Assembly: GCA_001776785.1 (NCBI GenBank)
Contig: MFDF01000002.1
Span: 6,894 to 70,893 of the forward strand
Source of the DNA: Candidatus Daviesbacteria bacterium RIFCSPHIGHO2_12_FULL_37_16
Lineage (GTDB): Bacteria; Patescibacteriota; Microgenomatia; Daviesbacterales; UBA10151
Direction: 5' to 3'
DNA length: 64,000 bases
This document shows positions 20,395-28,388 of the stretch, piece by piece. The notes under the pieces were generated by a model, which did not search any database, had not been told where the DNA came from, and was given only the letters and a program-made list of their open reading frames with translations. How positions within the stretch are numbered: the first letter of the stretch is position 1; every line of letters starts with the position of its first letter. A program made the translations under genes and the position numbers.

Positions 20395-21259
20395 GCTAAC
20401 TGTATCTATTGTTAACTATAATGGTGGACAGTTTATTATTGACTGCCTTAACCTGGTTAAATTATTAAGTAATGAAGTAAGTTTAAAAGTATATGTTGTG
20501 GATAACGCATCTAAGGATGGAAGTATTGAAAAGATTCAAGAAAACTTTCCTGAAGTAGAAACTATAATAAATAAAGAAAATTTAGGTTTTGGTAAATCTC
20601 AAAATCTAGTATTAAAAAAAACTAAAGATGAATACATTTTAATCCTTAACCCTGATGTTGAAATTAAAAAAGGAGTATTAAAAAAACTATTAGAATATTT
20701 AGAGAGTCATAAGAACATAGGAGTGATAACGCCAAAGATAATTTTGCAGAATGGAGAATTAGACTTAGCTGCGCATAGAGGATTTCCAACTCCATTAGCT
20801 TCTTTTTTGTATACTTTTTTTAAAAATGATAGTTTGTATCATCTTACACAAAGAGATATGAATGAGATTCATGAAGTAGATTCAATTTCCGGGGCATTTT
20901 TTTTAACCAGAAAGGATGTTTTAGCTAGTGTTGGTTATTTTGATGAGGATTTTTTTATGTATGGGGAAGATATAGATTTGTGTTTCAGGATTAAGGAGGC
21001 AGGCTACAAAGTTGTTTACTATCCAGAAGTTGAAGTTATACACCATAAGGGTATATCCTCTGGACTTAAGAAAGATACCCAGAAAATGACAACAGCTGAT
21101 AAAGAAACAAAGATGAGGTCAGTTGATGCTTTTTATGAGGCTATGAAAATTTTTTATAGAAAACATTATGAAAAAAATTATGCTGCAATTGTAAACTGGC
21201 TTGTGTATTTAGGGATAAATTTAAAGTGGATGCAGGCAAAAAGGAAGCTTGTGGTATAA
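20387..21259 (+). CDS. Glycosyltransferase family 2 (WbbL-like)
   Basis: VVDNASKDGS, NLGFG, LNPD, VDSISGAF, FMYGEDIDLC. Confidence 0.9.
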   Translation: MDKLTVSIVNYNGGQFIIDCLNLVKLLSNEVSLKVYVVDNASKDGSIEKIQENFPEVETIINKENLGFGKSQNLVLKKTKDEYILILNPDVEIKKGVLKKLLEYLESHKNIGVITPKIILQNGELDLAAHRGFPTPLASFLYTFFKNDSLYHLTQRDMNEIHEVDSISGAFFLTRKDVLASVGYFDEDFFMYGEDIDLCFRIKEAGYKVVYYPEVEVIHHKGISSGLKKDTQKMTTADKETKMRSVDAFYEAMKIFYRKHYEKNYAAIVNWLVYLGINLKWMQAKRKLVV

Positions 21260-21260
21260 A

Positions 21261-22409
21261 ATGAGGATTGGGATTGATGCCAGGTTGTACTCTGAGTCAG
21301 GGATTGGCAGGTATATAAGAAATCTTTTAAAGTATCTTCAAAAATTAGATAGAGAGAATGATTATTTTATTTTTTTACTAAGAAAAGATTTTGAAGATAT
21401 AAACTTCCCAAAAAATTTTACAAAAGTTTTAGCTGATTTTAGCTGGTATGGGATGGAGGAGCAGTATAAATTTCCAGGACTATTAAATAAATACAAACTA
21501 GATTTAGTCCATATTCCTCACTTTAATGTCCCAATTTTTTATCTAGGTAAAATGGTAGTAACTGTACATGATTTAATCCATCAAAATTTTTCTATGAATA
21601 GAGCTACAACTTTAGATCCATTTACATATAAGGTTAAACAGTTTGGATATTCAACTATTTTTAATTTAGCACTGAGAAATTCAAAAAAAATTATTGTTCC
21701 ATCAAATTATGTAAAAAGTGAGATTTTAAAAAAGTTTTCTGTTTATAAAGATAAGATTGTTGTAACTTATGAAGGGGTTGATGAAGAAATTTTAAAAATT
21801 AAAAATCAAATATCAAATAGAGAAATTGAAAAAACCATGAAACACTTAAATATTAAACCTCCATATATATTTTATGTGGGAAATGCGCACCCTCATAAAA
21901 ATGTTGAAGGTTTGATTAAAGCATTTTTGAGAATTCAGAATTTAGAGTTCAGAGTTCAGAATGGATATAAACTGAAGCTTGTTTTATCAGGAAGTGACCA
22001 TTATTTCTGGCAAAGACTAAAAAAGGAGAATATGCATAATGATATAATCTATACAGGATATGTAACAGATGAGCAGTTAGTTGCACTATATATGGGGGCA
22101 AAGGCTTTTGTAATGCCAAGTTTTGAGGAAGGATTTGGGATACCACTTTTGGAGGCAATGGCGCTGGGGACACCTGTTGTTTCTTCAGATGCTGCATCTT
22201 TAAAGGAAATAGGAGGGGATGGGGCAATTTATTTTGATCCAAATAATTTAGTGGAAATGGAAAGTAAAATTAAAGAGGTTTTAAATAATGAGAAATTAAG
22301 AAAAGAGTTAGTGGAAAAAGGGAGAGAAAGAGTAAAAGAGTTTAGTTGGGAAAAATTAGCAAAAGAAACTTTAGAGATTTATCAGCAAAAAGCAGAACAC
22401 CATGGATGA
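21261..22409 (+). CDS. Glycosyltransferase family 4 (MtfB-like)
   Basis: MRIGIDAR, GIGRY, TVHD, PHKN, PSFEEGFGIPLLEAM. The last residues (AEHHG*) come from the downstream palindromic element. Confidence 0.9.
   Translation: MRIGIDARLYSESGIGRYIRNLLKYLQKLDRENDYFIFLLRKDFEDINFPKNFTKVLADFSWYGMEEQYKFPGLLNKYKLDLVHIPHFNVPIFYLGKMVVTVHDLIHQNFSMNRATTLDPFTYKVKQFGYSTIFNLALRNSKKIIVPSNYVKSEILKKFSVYKDKIVVTYEGVDEEILKIKNQISNREIEKTMKHLNIKPPYIFYVGNAHPHKNVEGLIKAFLRIQNLEFRVQNGYKLKLVLSGSDHYFWQRLKKENMHNDIIYTGYVTDEQLVALYMGAKAFVMPSFEEGFGIPLLEAMALGTPVVSSDAASLKEIGGDGAIYFDPNNLVEMESKIKEVLNNEKLRKELVEKGRERVKEFSWEKLAKETLEIYQQKAEHHG
21930..21962 (+). repeat. Heptamer tandem repeat (AGARTTY x4.7) inside a CDS
   Basis: AGAATTC AGAATTT AGAGTTC AGAGTTC AGAAT, read as RIQNLEFRVQN. 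Confidence 0.85.
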
Positions 22410-22467
22410 ATCTGTTGATGAATGCTTTTACCGCGAAGATACCATGGCTTTAGCCGTGGAGCTTCAT
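22392..22467 (-). mobile_element. Non-autonomous IS200/IS605-like two-palindrome element (PATE/REP-like)
   Basis: Minus strand reads ATGAAGCT-CCACGGC-TAAA-GCCATGG-TATC, followed by a degenerate second hairpin (CAACAGATTCATCCATGGTGTTC). The CACGGCTAAAGCC-type hairpin resembles IS200/IS605 ends. No transposase nearby. Confidence 0.65.
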
Positions 22468-22473
22468 AGGAAT

Positions 22474-23358
22474 TCATAGTTTTTCAATTACTCTAAGCTT
22501 TCCTGAGCGGGCGCGGGGGTTTTTAGAAATTTCTTCTTCAGTTGGTTCAAGAGGTTTGTCTGTTAATATTTTGGCTTTACCAGATGTTTCGAATTCTTTA
22601 AAAGAGTTTTTGACAATCCTGTCTTCCAGGGAGTGGAAGCTGATGATTGTAAGGCGGCCGCCTGGTTCTAACACTTCAAAAGCTTGGGGGAGAGTATCTT
22701 TTAGGGTATTTAGTTCATCATTAACAACAATCCTCAAAGCTTGAAAAACCCTGGTTGCAGGATGAGTCCTGTCTGAGGGAGTTCTTCTTCTGACAGATAA
22801 AATTATATTAGCCAGTTCATTGGTAGTTTCGATTTGTTTCTTTTTTCTATACTCCACAATTTTTCTGGCAATCTGTCTGGAAAAATTCTCCTCTCCTAAT
22901 TTCCAGAAAAGTTCTGCCAGTTCCTTTTCATGAAGACCATTTATTAAGTCTTTGGCAGTTGCAGTGTTTTTAGTCTGGTCCATTCTCATATCTAATGAAG
23001 CATCTTTATTAAAACTAAAGCCTCTTTCTGCTTTTTCCAACTGATGAGTAGATATTCCCAGATCAAACAAAATTCCTAAGGGTTTGATATTATATTTTCT
23101 AACAATTTGCTCTAGGTGGATAAAATTGTTATGTTCTAAAATTAATCTGCCTGAACTTAGATACCCACTAAGTTTATCTGAGACTTCCTTGATGGAACTG
23201 TGGTCTAAGTCTATCCCCAAAACATTGCCGCCCTTTTCCAGAATCCCTTTAGTGTGGCCACCTCCTCCAAGATTGCAATCTATGTACCACATACCTGGTT
23301 TGATATCCATGTATCCTAGTACCTCGTTAAGCATGGCAGGCTTGTGATAATTGCTCAT
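22474..23358 (-). CDS. rsmH: 16S rRNA m4C1402 methyltransferase RsmH (MraW)
   Basis: HKPAML, DCNLGGGGH, FDLGISTHQL, RGFSF, LDMRMD, HPATRVFQALRI, ISFHSLEDRIVK, NPRARSGKLR. Confidence 0.97.
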   Translation of the reverse strand: MSNYHKPAMLNEVLGYMDIKPGMWYIDCNLGGGGHTKGILEKGGNVLGIDLDHSSIKEVSDKLSGYLSSGRLILEHNNFIHLEQIVRKYNIKPLGILFDLGISTHQLEKAERGFSFNKDASLDMRMDQTKNTATAKDLINGLHEKELAELFWKLGEENFSRQIARKIVEYRKKKQIETTNELANIILSVRRRTPSDRTHPATRVFQALRIVVNDELNTLKDTLPQAFEVLEPGGRLTIISFHSLEDRIVKNSFKEFETSGKAKILTDKPLEPTEEEISKNPRARSGKLRVIEKL

Positions 23359-23384
23359 ATATTTTTTTCTGATACAATCATACC
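23359..23384. promoter_or_regulatory. 26-bp divergent intergenic region with overlapping -10 hexamers
   Basis: TACAAT (+, 23373-78) is 6 nt before the ATG at 23385; TATGAT (-, 23377-82) faces rsmH. Confidence 0.5.
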
Positions 23385-24455
23385 ATGCGTGTAGCCTTAG
23401 TTCATGATGATTTAGTGCAGTGGGGAGGAGCAGAAAGGGTTTTATATGCTTTAACAGAACTTTTTCCTAATGCTCCAATTTATACTTCAGTTTTTGATAG
23501 GTCGAATAAAAGACTGCACAACCTGTTTAAGGATAAAGATATTAGGACTTCTTTTATGCAGAAAATTCCCGGATGGAAATATTTATACAAATCATTAATG
23601 CCTGTTTATCCAATTGCCTTTGAACAATTTGATTTTTCTAATTTTGATTTGGTTGTTTCCCATACAACAAGGTTTGCAAAGTGCATAATTACAAAGCCTG
23701 AGACAAAACATGTTAGTTTAATGCATACCCCTCCCAGGTTTTTATGGAACTATTCCGGGGTAACATACAATAAGTTTTTAAACTTTTTATTTGGATTTTT
23801 GAGGATTCTTGACAGGATAAGTGCAATTAGAGTTGATGAAATTATAAGCTGTTCAAATAATGCCCAAAAGAGAGTCAGGAAAAATTATGATGTAGAAACT
23901 AAAGTAATACAGCCCTTTGTTGAGAAGGAGAGGTTTTTAAATAAGGATCCTTTTAATGGAGGATATTATTTGATTATTTCCAGATTGAATGATTATAAAA
24001 AAATTGATTTAGCTATCAATGTGTTTAATAAAAATGGCAACAGGTTAAGAATTGTTGGCAAGGGTCCAATGGAGGAAAGATTAAAAGAAATGGCGCAGGA
24101 AAATATTGATTTTTTGGGAAATGTGAGTGAAAAGTTATTAAATGAAGTTATTTTGGGATGTAAGGCAATGATAATTTTAGCTGAGGAAGATTTTGGTTTA
24201 ACATCCCTTGAGGCACAAGCTGCAGGAAAAGGTGTGATAGCTTATAAAAAAGGAGGAGTGTTAGAAACTGTGATAAATGGGGAAACCGGTATTTTATTTA
24301 ATGAGCAGACAGAGAAAGCTTTAGAGGAAGCCCTAAACAAATTTGAAAAATCTAATTTCAGCAAACAAAAATGTATGATGAATGCAAGGAATTTTTCCAG
24401 GGAAAAATTTGACCATTTGGTATTGACCCACTGCATCAACTCAATTAATGTATAA
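23385..24455 (+). CDS. Glycosyltransferase family 4 (WbaZ-like)
   Basis: VALVHDDLVQWGGAERV, HTPPRFLW, EEDFGLTSLEAQAAG. Confidence 0.9.
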   Translation: MRVALVHDDLVQWGGAERVLYALTELFPNAPIYTSVFDRSNKRLHNLFKDKDIRTSFMQKIPGWKYLYKSLMPVYPIAFEQFDFSNFDLVVSHTTRFAKCIITKPETKHVSLMHTPPRFLWNYSGVTYNKFLNFLFGFLRILDRISAIRVDEIISCSNNAQKRVRKNYDVETKVIQPFVEKERFLNKDPFNGGYYLIISRLNDYKKIDLAINVFNKNGNRLRIVGKGPMEERLKEMAQENIDFLGNVSEKLLNEVILGCKAMIILAEEDFGLTSLEAQAAGKGVIAYKKGGVLETVINGETGILFNEQTEKALEEALNKFEKSNFSKQKCMMNARNFSREKFDHLVLTHCINSINV

Positions 24456-24478
24456 TGGCCCAGTTTTTTTAAAAGCTT

Positions 24479-25108
24479 ATGCTTTATGATTTTTTGAAAA
24501 GGACTTTGGATATTTTAGGCTCGCTTGTAGGCATCGTACTTTTGTCTCCGCTGCTTTTAGCTTCTGCTTTGGCAATAAAACTTAATTCCTCAGGACCTAT
24601 GCTTGCTGACACTCCTATGAGGGTTGGCAAGGAAGGTAAGCTTTTTAAGATGCACAAATTCAGGTCAATGGTTGTGGATGCCTTGGAGATATTACAAAAG
24701 GATCCTGAGCTTTTAAAACAATACAAGAAAAATAGCTTTAAGATTGAAAATGACCCCAGAGTTACAAGAGTTGGAAAGTTTATCAGGAAATTTTCCATTG
24801 ATGAGCTGCCTCAGCTTTGGAATATTTTAAAAGGAGATATGAGTATTGTCGGACCAAGGGCCTACTATCCTTTTGAACTCGCAGAGCAGCAAAAGAAATA
24901 CCCAAATTCTAAAGAATTTGTTAAGATAATATTATCAGCAAAACCTGGGCTGACAGGAGTGTGGCAGGTTTCCGGGAGGTCCCAGATTAACTTCGATAAG
25001 AGGGTGGAGATGGATGCCCAGTATGTACAAAGAAGGTCTATATTGTATGATATATATCTTATCTTAAGGACTGTCCCTGCGGTACTGTTAGGTAGAGGAG
25101 CAGTGTAA
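24479..25108 (+). CDS. Priming phosphoglycosyltransferase (bacterial sugar transferase; WbaP/WcaJ C-terminal domain)
   Basis: KRTLDI, KFRSM, DPRVTRVG, SIDELPQLWNILKGDMSIVGPR, KPGLTGVWQVSGR. Confidence 0.95.
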   Translation: MLYDFLKRTLDILGSLVGIVLLSPLLLASALAIKLNSSGPMLADTPMRVGKEGKLFKMHKFRSMVVDALEILQKDPELLKQYKKNSFKIENDPRVTRVGKFIRKFSIDELPQLWNILKGDMSIVGPRAYYPFELAEQQKKYPNSKEFVKIILSAKPGLTGVWQVSGRSQINFDKRVEMDAQYVQRRSILYDIYLILRTVPAVLLGRGAV

Positions 25109-25120
25109 GTTTGCCCAATT

Positions 25121-27013
25121 ATGCCTTTAACTAATCTGAACAAAAAATACGATAGAAGAGAGAGATATTCTTATCATCCACAAAAAAAAGGAAATAAAGC
25201 TAAGAGGATTTTTACAATAATCTTAATCCTTTTTATTGCTTTAGCTATTCCCTCATTTTTTGCCTACCAAAGTGCAAAAAAACTGTCGTTTAATGCAAAA
25301 AGGGCAGCAGAAGGGTTTAAAAATGGCAATTTTGCAGAGGTAAAACTGGGAGTAGATGAGATGAAGAATGCCAGTTCTGCACTAAACCTTTCTGTTGATG
25401 CAATGATTTGGGTAAGAGTTATCCCATTTTTGGGTGATTATTATGGAGATGCCAGGCACTTTGCCAAAGCTGGGAACAATGAGCTTAGGGCTGCCCAAAA
25501 GATTGTGGATATTATTGAACCCTCTAAAAATGAATTGGGATTGAATGGGGCTCCTATGGCTGGACCTGAAAAAATCGCCCAGATGGTCAAGATTATGGAT
25601 AAGGTAATCCCTGAGCTTGATAAGATCTCCCCTGAGCTAAAAAAAGCCAGCGATGAGGTTAAAAGTATAAAAGTTGAGAAGTATCCTGAGAAGGTGGGTA
25701 AATACAATGTGCGCTCACTGGTGGATACTGGAAAAAACTTTATTATGGGTGCCAGTGTAGCTGCAACAGACCACAAAGAAGCCCTGCAGGTGGCTCCCAG
25801 AGCCTTGGGGCAGCCAGACCCTAAAAATTACCTGTTAATTTTCCAAAATGATAAAGAGATTAGAGCTACAGGAGGGTTTATGACTGCTTATGCCTTTTTG
25901 AAGCTGGATAAGGGTAAGGTTGATTCCTCCCAGTCTGATGATATTTACCATCTTGATGAGAAATTATTAGATGTTTGTTTGAGAAAGATTTGTCCTTTAG
26001 CCCCGCCTGAACCTTTGGTTAAATACTTGCCTGAGGCTGATGGTAAACCAAGACAAGCCTGGAGCCTTAGGGATGCTAATTTATCCCCTGATGTGCCCAC
26101 TTCTATGAAGCAGTTTGAGAAGATGTACTCATTTATTGGGGAGGGGACACCCTGGGATGGGATTATTTTAATAGATACCCATGTTGTGGAGGAATTAATC
26201 AAGATTACAGGCCCAATTGAGGTTTATGGGACAACTTATTCTGCTGAAAATGATAACAGGTGTAACTGTCCAAATGTGATCTTTGAGCTTGAGAATTATG
26301 CACAGATTATAGAGAGGGGGGAAAAGGACAGAAAAGCTATTTTAGGGGCCTTAATGCAGCAAATTTTAGCTAAATCTTTAGAGACTTCAACTGAGAAGAT
26401 GCCTGAGTTTATTAATGTGGGTGTGAAGCTGGCTAACTCTAAAAATATGCTCTTTTATATGCATGATCAAAAAACACAGGATGCTTTAGCTAAGCTTAAC
26501 TGGACTGGGCAGATTAAAGAAGTTGGTGGAGATTACCTTCATATTAATGATTCTAATTTTGCAGGAGGTAAGTCTAATTTGTATGTGGAGGAGAAGGTTG
26601 AGCTGGATATAAATATTAAAGATGGGAAAGTTAAGAATAAGCTCACTATTGAGTATAAAAACCCATCACAGCCTAAATCATGGTTAAATAATGTGGTAAA
26701 CAGGGACTATATAAGGGTTTATGTGCCAATGGGGGCAAAACTTTCTGCAAATAAGGGATCTGATGCAGCTGTGCAAACTAAGGATGAGTTAGGGAAGACT
26801 TATTTTGATGCTTTTATTCAAGTGAGACCTGCAAATTCAAGGGTAATTAGCTTTGAGTATGAGCTTCCAAATAGTTTTTCTGGAAAAGAGTATCCACTCT
26901 TAATCCAAAAACAGCCAGGATCTAAAGATTTTGAATATACAGTTAAGGTAAATGGCAAACAGAAAGCAAAGTTTAATCTAGATTCTGATAAAGAGTTAAA
27001 GCTGAGTATTTAA
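25121..27013 (+). CDS. Membrane-anchored DUF4012-like protein
   Basis: N-terminal TM, YLLIFQNDKEIRATGGF, RDANLSPD, DYIRVYVP, IQKQPG; adjacent to the sugar transferase. Confidence 0.75.
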   Translation: MPLTNLNKKYDRRERYSYHPQKKGNKAKRIFTIILILFIALAIPSFFAYQSAKKLSFNAKRAAEGFKNGNFAEVKLGVDEMKNASSALNLSVDAMIWVRVIPFLGDYYGDARHFAKAGNNELRAAQKIVDIIEPSKNELGLNGAPMAGPEKIAQMVKIMDKVIPELDKISPELKKASDEVKSIKVEKYPEKVGKYNVRSLVDTGKNFIMGASVAATDHKEALQVAPRALGQPDPKNYLLIFQNDKEIRATGGFMTAYAFLKLDKGKVDSSQSDDIYHLDEKLLDVCLRKICPLAPPEPLVKYLPEADGKPRQAWSLRDANLSPDVPTSMKQFEKMYSFIGEGTPWDGIILIDTHVVEELIKITGPIEVYGTTYSAENDNRCNCPNVIFELENYAQIIERGEKDRKAILGALMQQILAKSLETSTEKMPEFINVGVKLANSKNMLFYMHDQKTQDALAKLNWTGQIKEVGGDYLHINDSNFAGGKSNLYVEEKVELDINIKDGKVKNKLTIEYKNPSQPKSWLNNVVNRDYIRVYVPMGAKLSANKGSDAAVQTKDELGKTYFDAFIQVRPANSRVISFEYELPNSFSGKEYPLLIQKQPGSKDFEYTVKVNGKQKAKFNLDSDKELKLSI

Positions 27014-27036
27014 TTTTTTCCTAAACATTAAGTAAA

Positions 27037-27068
27037 GAAACCCAAAAGGATGAATTCTTGAGATGAAT
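27037..27068. repeat. Decayed copy of the 22.4 kb palindrome
   Basis: GAAACCCAAAAGGATGAATTCTTGAGATGAAT versus GAACACCATGGATGAATCTGTTGATGAAT at 22395-22423. Confidence 0.45.
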
Positions 27069-27092
27069 AGTGTATAATTATAGGATACTATA

Positions 27093-27455
27093 ATGAATAG
27101 GGAAAATATATTTGAATTTGGAAAAAAAACTCTTTTGGCGGGAGGGTTAGCTATTTTAGCTCATGGTGCTGTTTTAGCTGAATCAATTGTGGAAGGGCAG
27201 CAATATAACCAAAAATTGCAAGGTATTGGAGTAGATAAATTTGAAAATACAAATTTATATCTTATAAGACACAACACTTCAAAAACTGAGGATCTTTCAT
27301 TAGAAGAATTGCTCAGGAAGGCATTAAATGATATTCGAAGAGAAAATTCTGATTGTAAATTATATACACTCCTCCCAATTACAATTCCTGACCAAAGTCC
27401 CGAGGAATCTTTTTATATGGTTGCTACTGATTGTTACTCAACTTCAAACCAATAA
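27093..27455 (+). CDS. Hypothetical exported protein
   Basis: 120 aa ORF filling the gap; signal-peptide-like N-terminus (KKTLLAGGLAILAHGAVLA); two Cys. Confidence 0.6.
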   Translation: MNRENIFEFGKKTLLAGGLAILAHGAVLAESIVEGQQYNQKLQGIGVDKFENTNLYLIRHNTSKTEDLSLEELLRKALNDIRRENSDCKLYTLLPITIPDQSPEESFYMVATDCYSTSNQ

Positions 27456-27491
27456 CTTGATTCATTAGTTATTTAATTTTAAACTTCAAAA

Positions 27492-28127
27492 ATGCCTGCT
27501 GTTACTACTGAAGGACTTATTTTAAGAAGGTCTAATTTTGGGGAGGCTGATAGGGTTTTGACTGTTTTAACTGACAGATATGGGAAGATTTCTGTGATTG
27601 CAAGAGGGGTGAGGAAGATTACCAGCAGGAGGGCTGGGAATATAGAAATTTTAAACAGGGTTAAGCTGCATTTATTTAAAGCTAAAAGTTATACACTTTC
27701 TGAGGCAGAGAGTATTGAAACATTTCAAGTTGTTAAAGATAATTTAACATTGGCTACAACTGCATTCCATATCCTGGAATTAGTAGACAGGTTGGTGGTT
27801 GAGGAGCAGAGAAATCCTCAGGTTTACAGTTTAACTGTTGCTGTTTTGCATTTACTGGAAAAAAACCCCAGACAGATTTTTATCAGGGCTTTTGAGGTGA
27901 AACTATTAAGTGTATTAGGATTTTGGTCTATAGATGCAATTAAAGATTTATCTAATGATCAGAAAATATTACTTATGAAATTAGAGGAATTTTCCTGGGA
28001 CCAAATTGAGGAGATGGAGATTTTAAGCGAGCAGGCTGTAGCTTTGGAGAGGATTTTAAGATATTATATGGAGAGAATACTTGAGTCTAAGCTCAAGAGT
28101 GTGAATGTGATGAAGGAGTTAAAGTAA
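27492..28127 (+). CDS. recO: DNA repair protein RecO (no zinc finger)
   Basis: TTEGLILRRSNFGEADRVLTVLT..YGKISVIARGVRK, FEVKLL, LKS near the C-terminus; followed by glyQS. Confidence 0.92.
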   Translation: MPAVTTEGLILRRSNFGEADRVLTVLTDRYGKISVIARGVRKITSRRAGNIEILNRVKLHLFKAKSYTLSEAESIETFQVVKDNLTLATTAFHILELVDRLVVEEQRNPQVYSLTVAVLHLLEKNPRQIFIRAFEVKLLSVLGFWSIDAIKDLSNDQKILLMKLEEFSWDQIEEMEILSEQAVALERILRYYMERILESKLKSVNVMKELK

Positions 28128-28147
28128 TATTTTTAACAGTAATGTTT

Positions 28148-28268
28148 AAGTCGCTCATCAGAGCACAAAGTACCGCTCGGACCGAATTCCTCGCTGTAGG
28201 ATCGCAAGTTACCAGGCAACTGCATAACTTGCTCTCCAACTACTTTGTTGCTTCTGATTTCGCGACTT
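28148..28268 (-). other. Dispersed structured element, copy 1 (candidate ncRNA or ssDNA element)
   Basis: Nested stems AAGTCGC/GCGACTT, ATCAGA/TCTGAT, ACAAAGTA/TACTTTGT enclose two hairpins; homologous to 63448-63583 with compensatory changes. Strand inferred from tandem GA motifs. Confidence 0.7.
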
Positions 28269-28286
28269 TGCAAATTTTAAATAATT

Positions 28287-28388
28287 ATGAATAGTGATCA
28301 AAATTTAATGGAAAAAATTGTAGCCCTTTGTAAGGAAACCTTGTTTTTGTTCGCTCCGCTCACAAAAATAAAAGAAGGGTTAAGATGA
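28287..28388 (+). pseudogene. 33-codon ORF: diverged duplicate of the glyQS 5' end fused to a hairpin
   Basis: MNSDQNLMEKIVALCK-ETLFLFAPLTKIKEGLR* versus GlyQS MINDLMDKIVALCK-RR; its TGA overlaps the glyQS ATG (ATGA). Confidence 0.7.

Noticed and set aside
28150-28266. Hammerhead or HDV-like ribozyme in the structured element (CTGATGA and CGAAA on minus; TTCCTCGC on plus)
   Set aside because: The CTGAT segment pairs with the bases after GAA, so stems I and III cannot form; copy 2 has CCGACGA and GAAG; no HDV P3 or P1 pairing could be built
28148-28384. T-box riboswitch upstream of glyQS
   Set aside because: GTACCGC resembles part of a T-box, but the UGG of the UGGNACC bulge and a U-tailed terminator are missing, and a homologous copy lies before htpX
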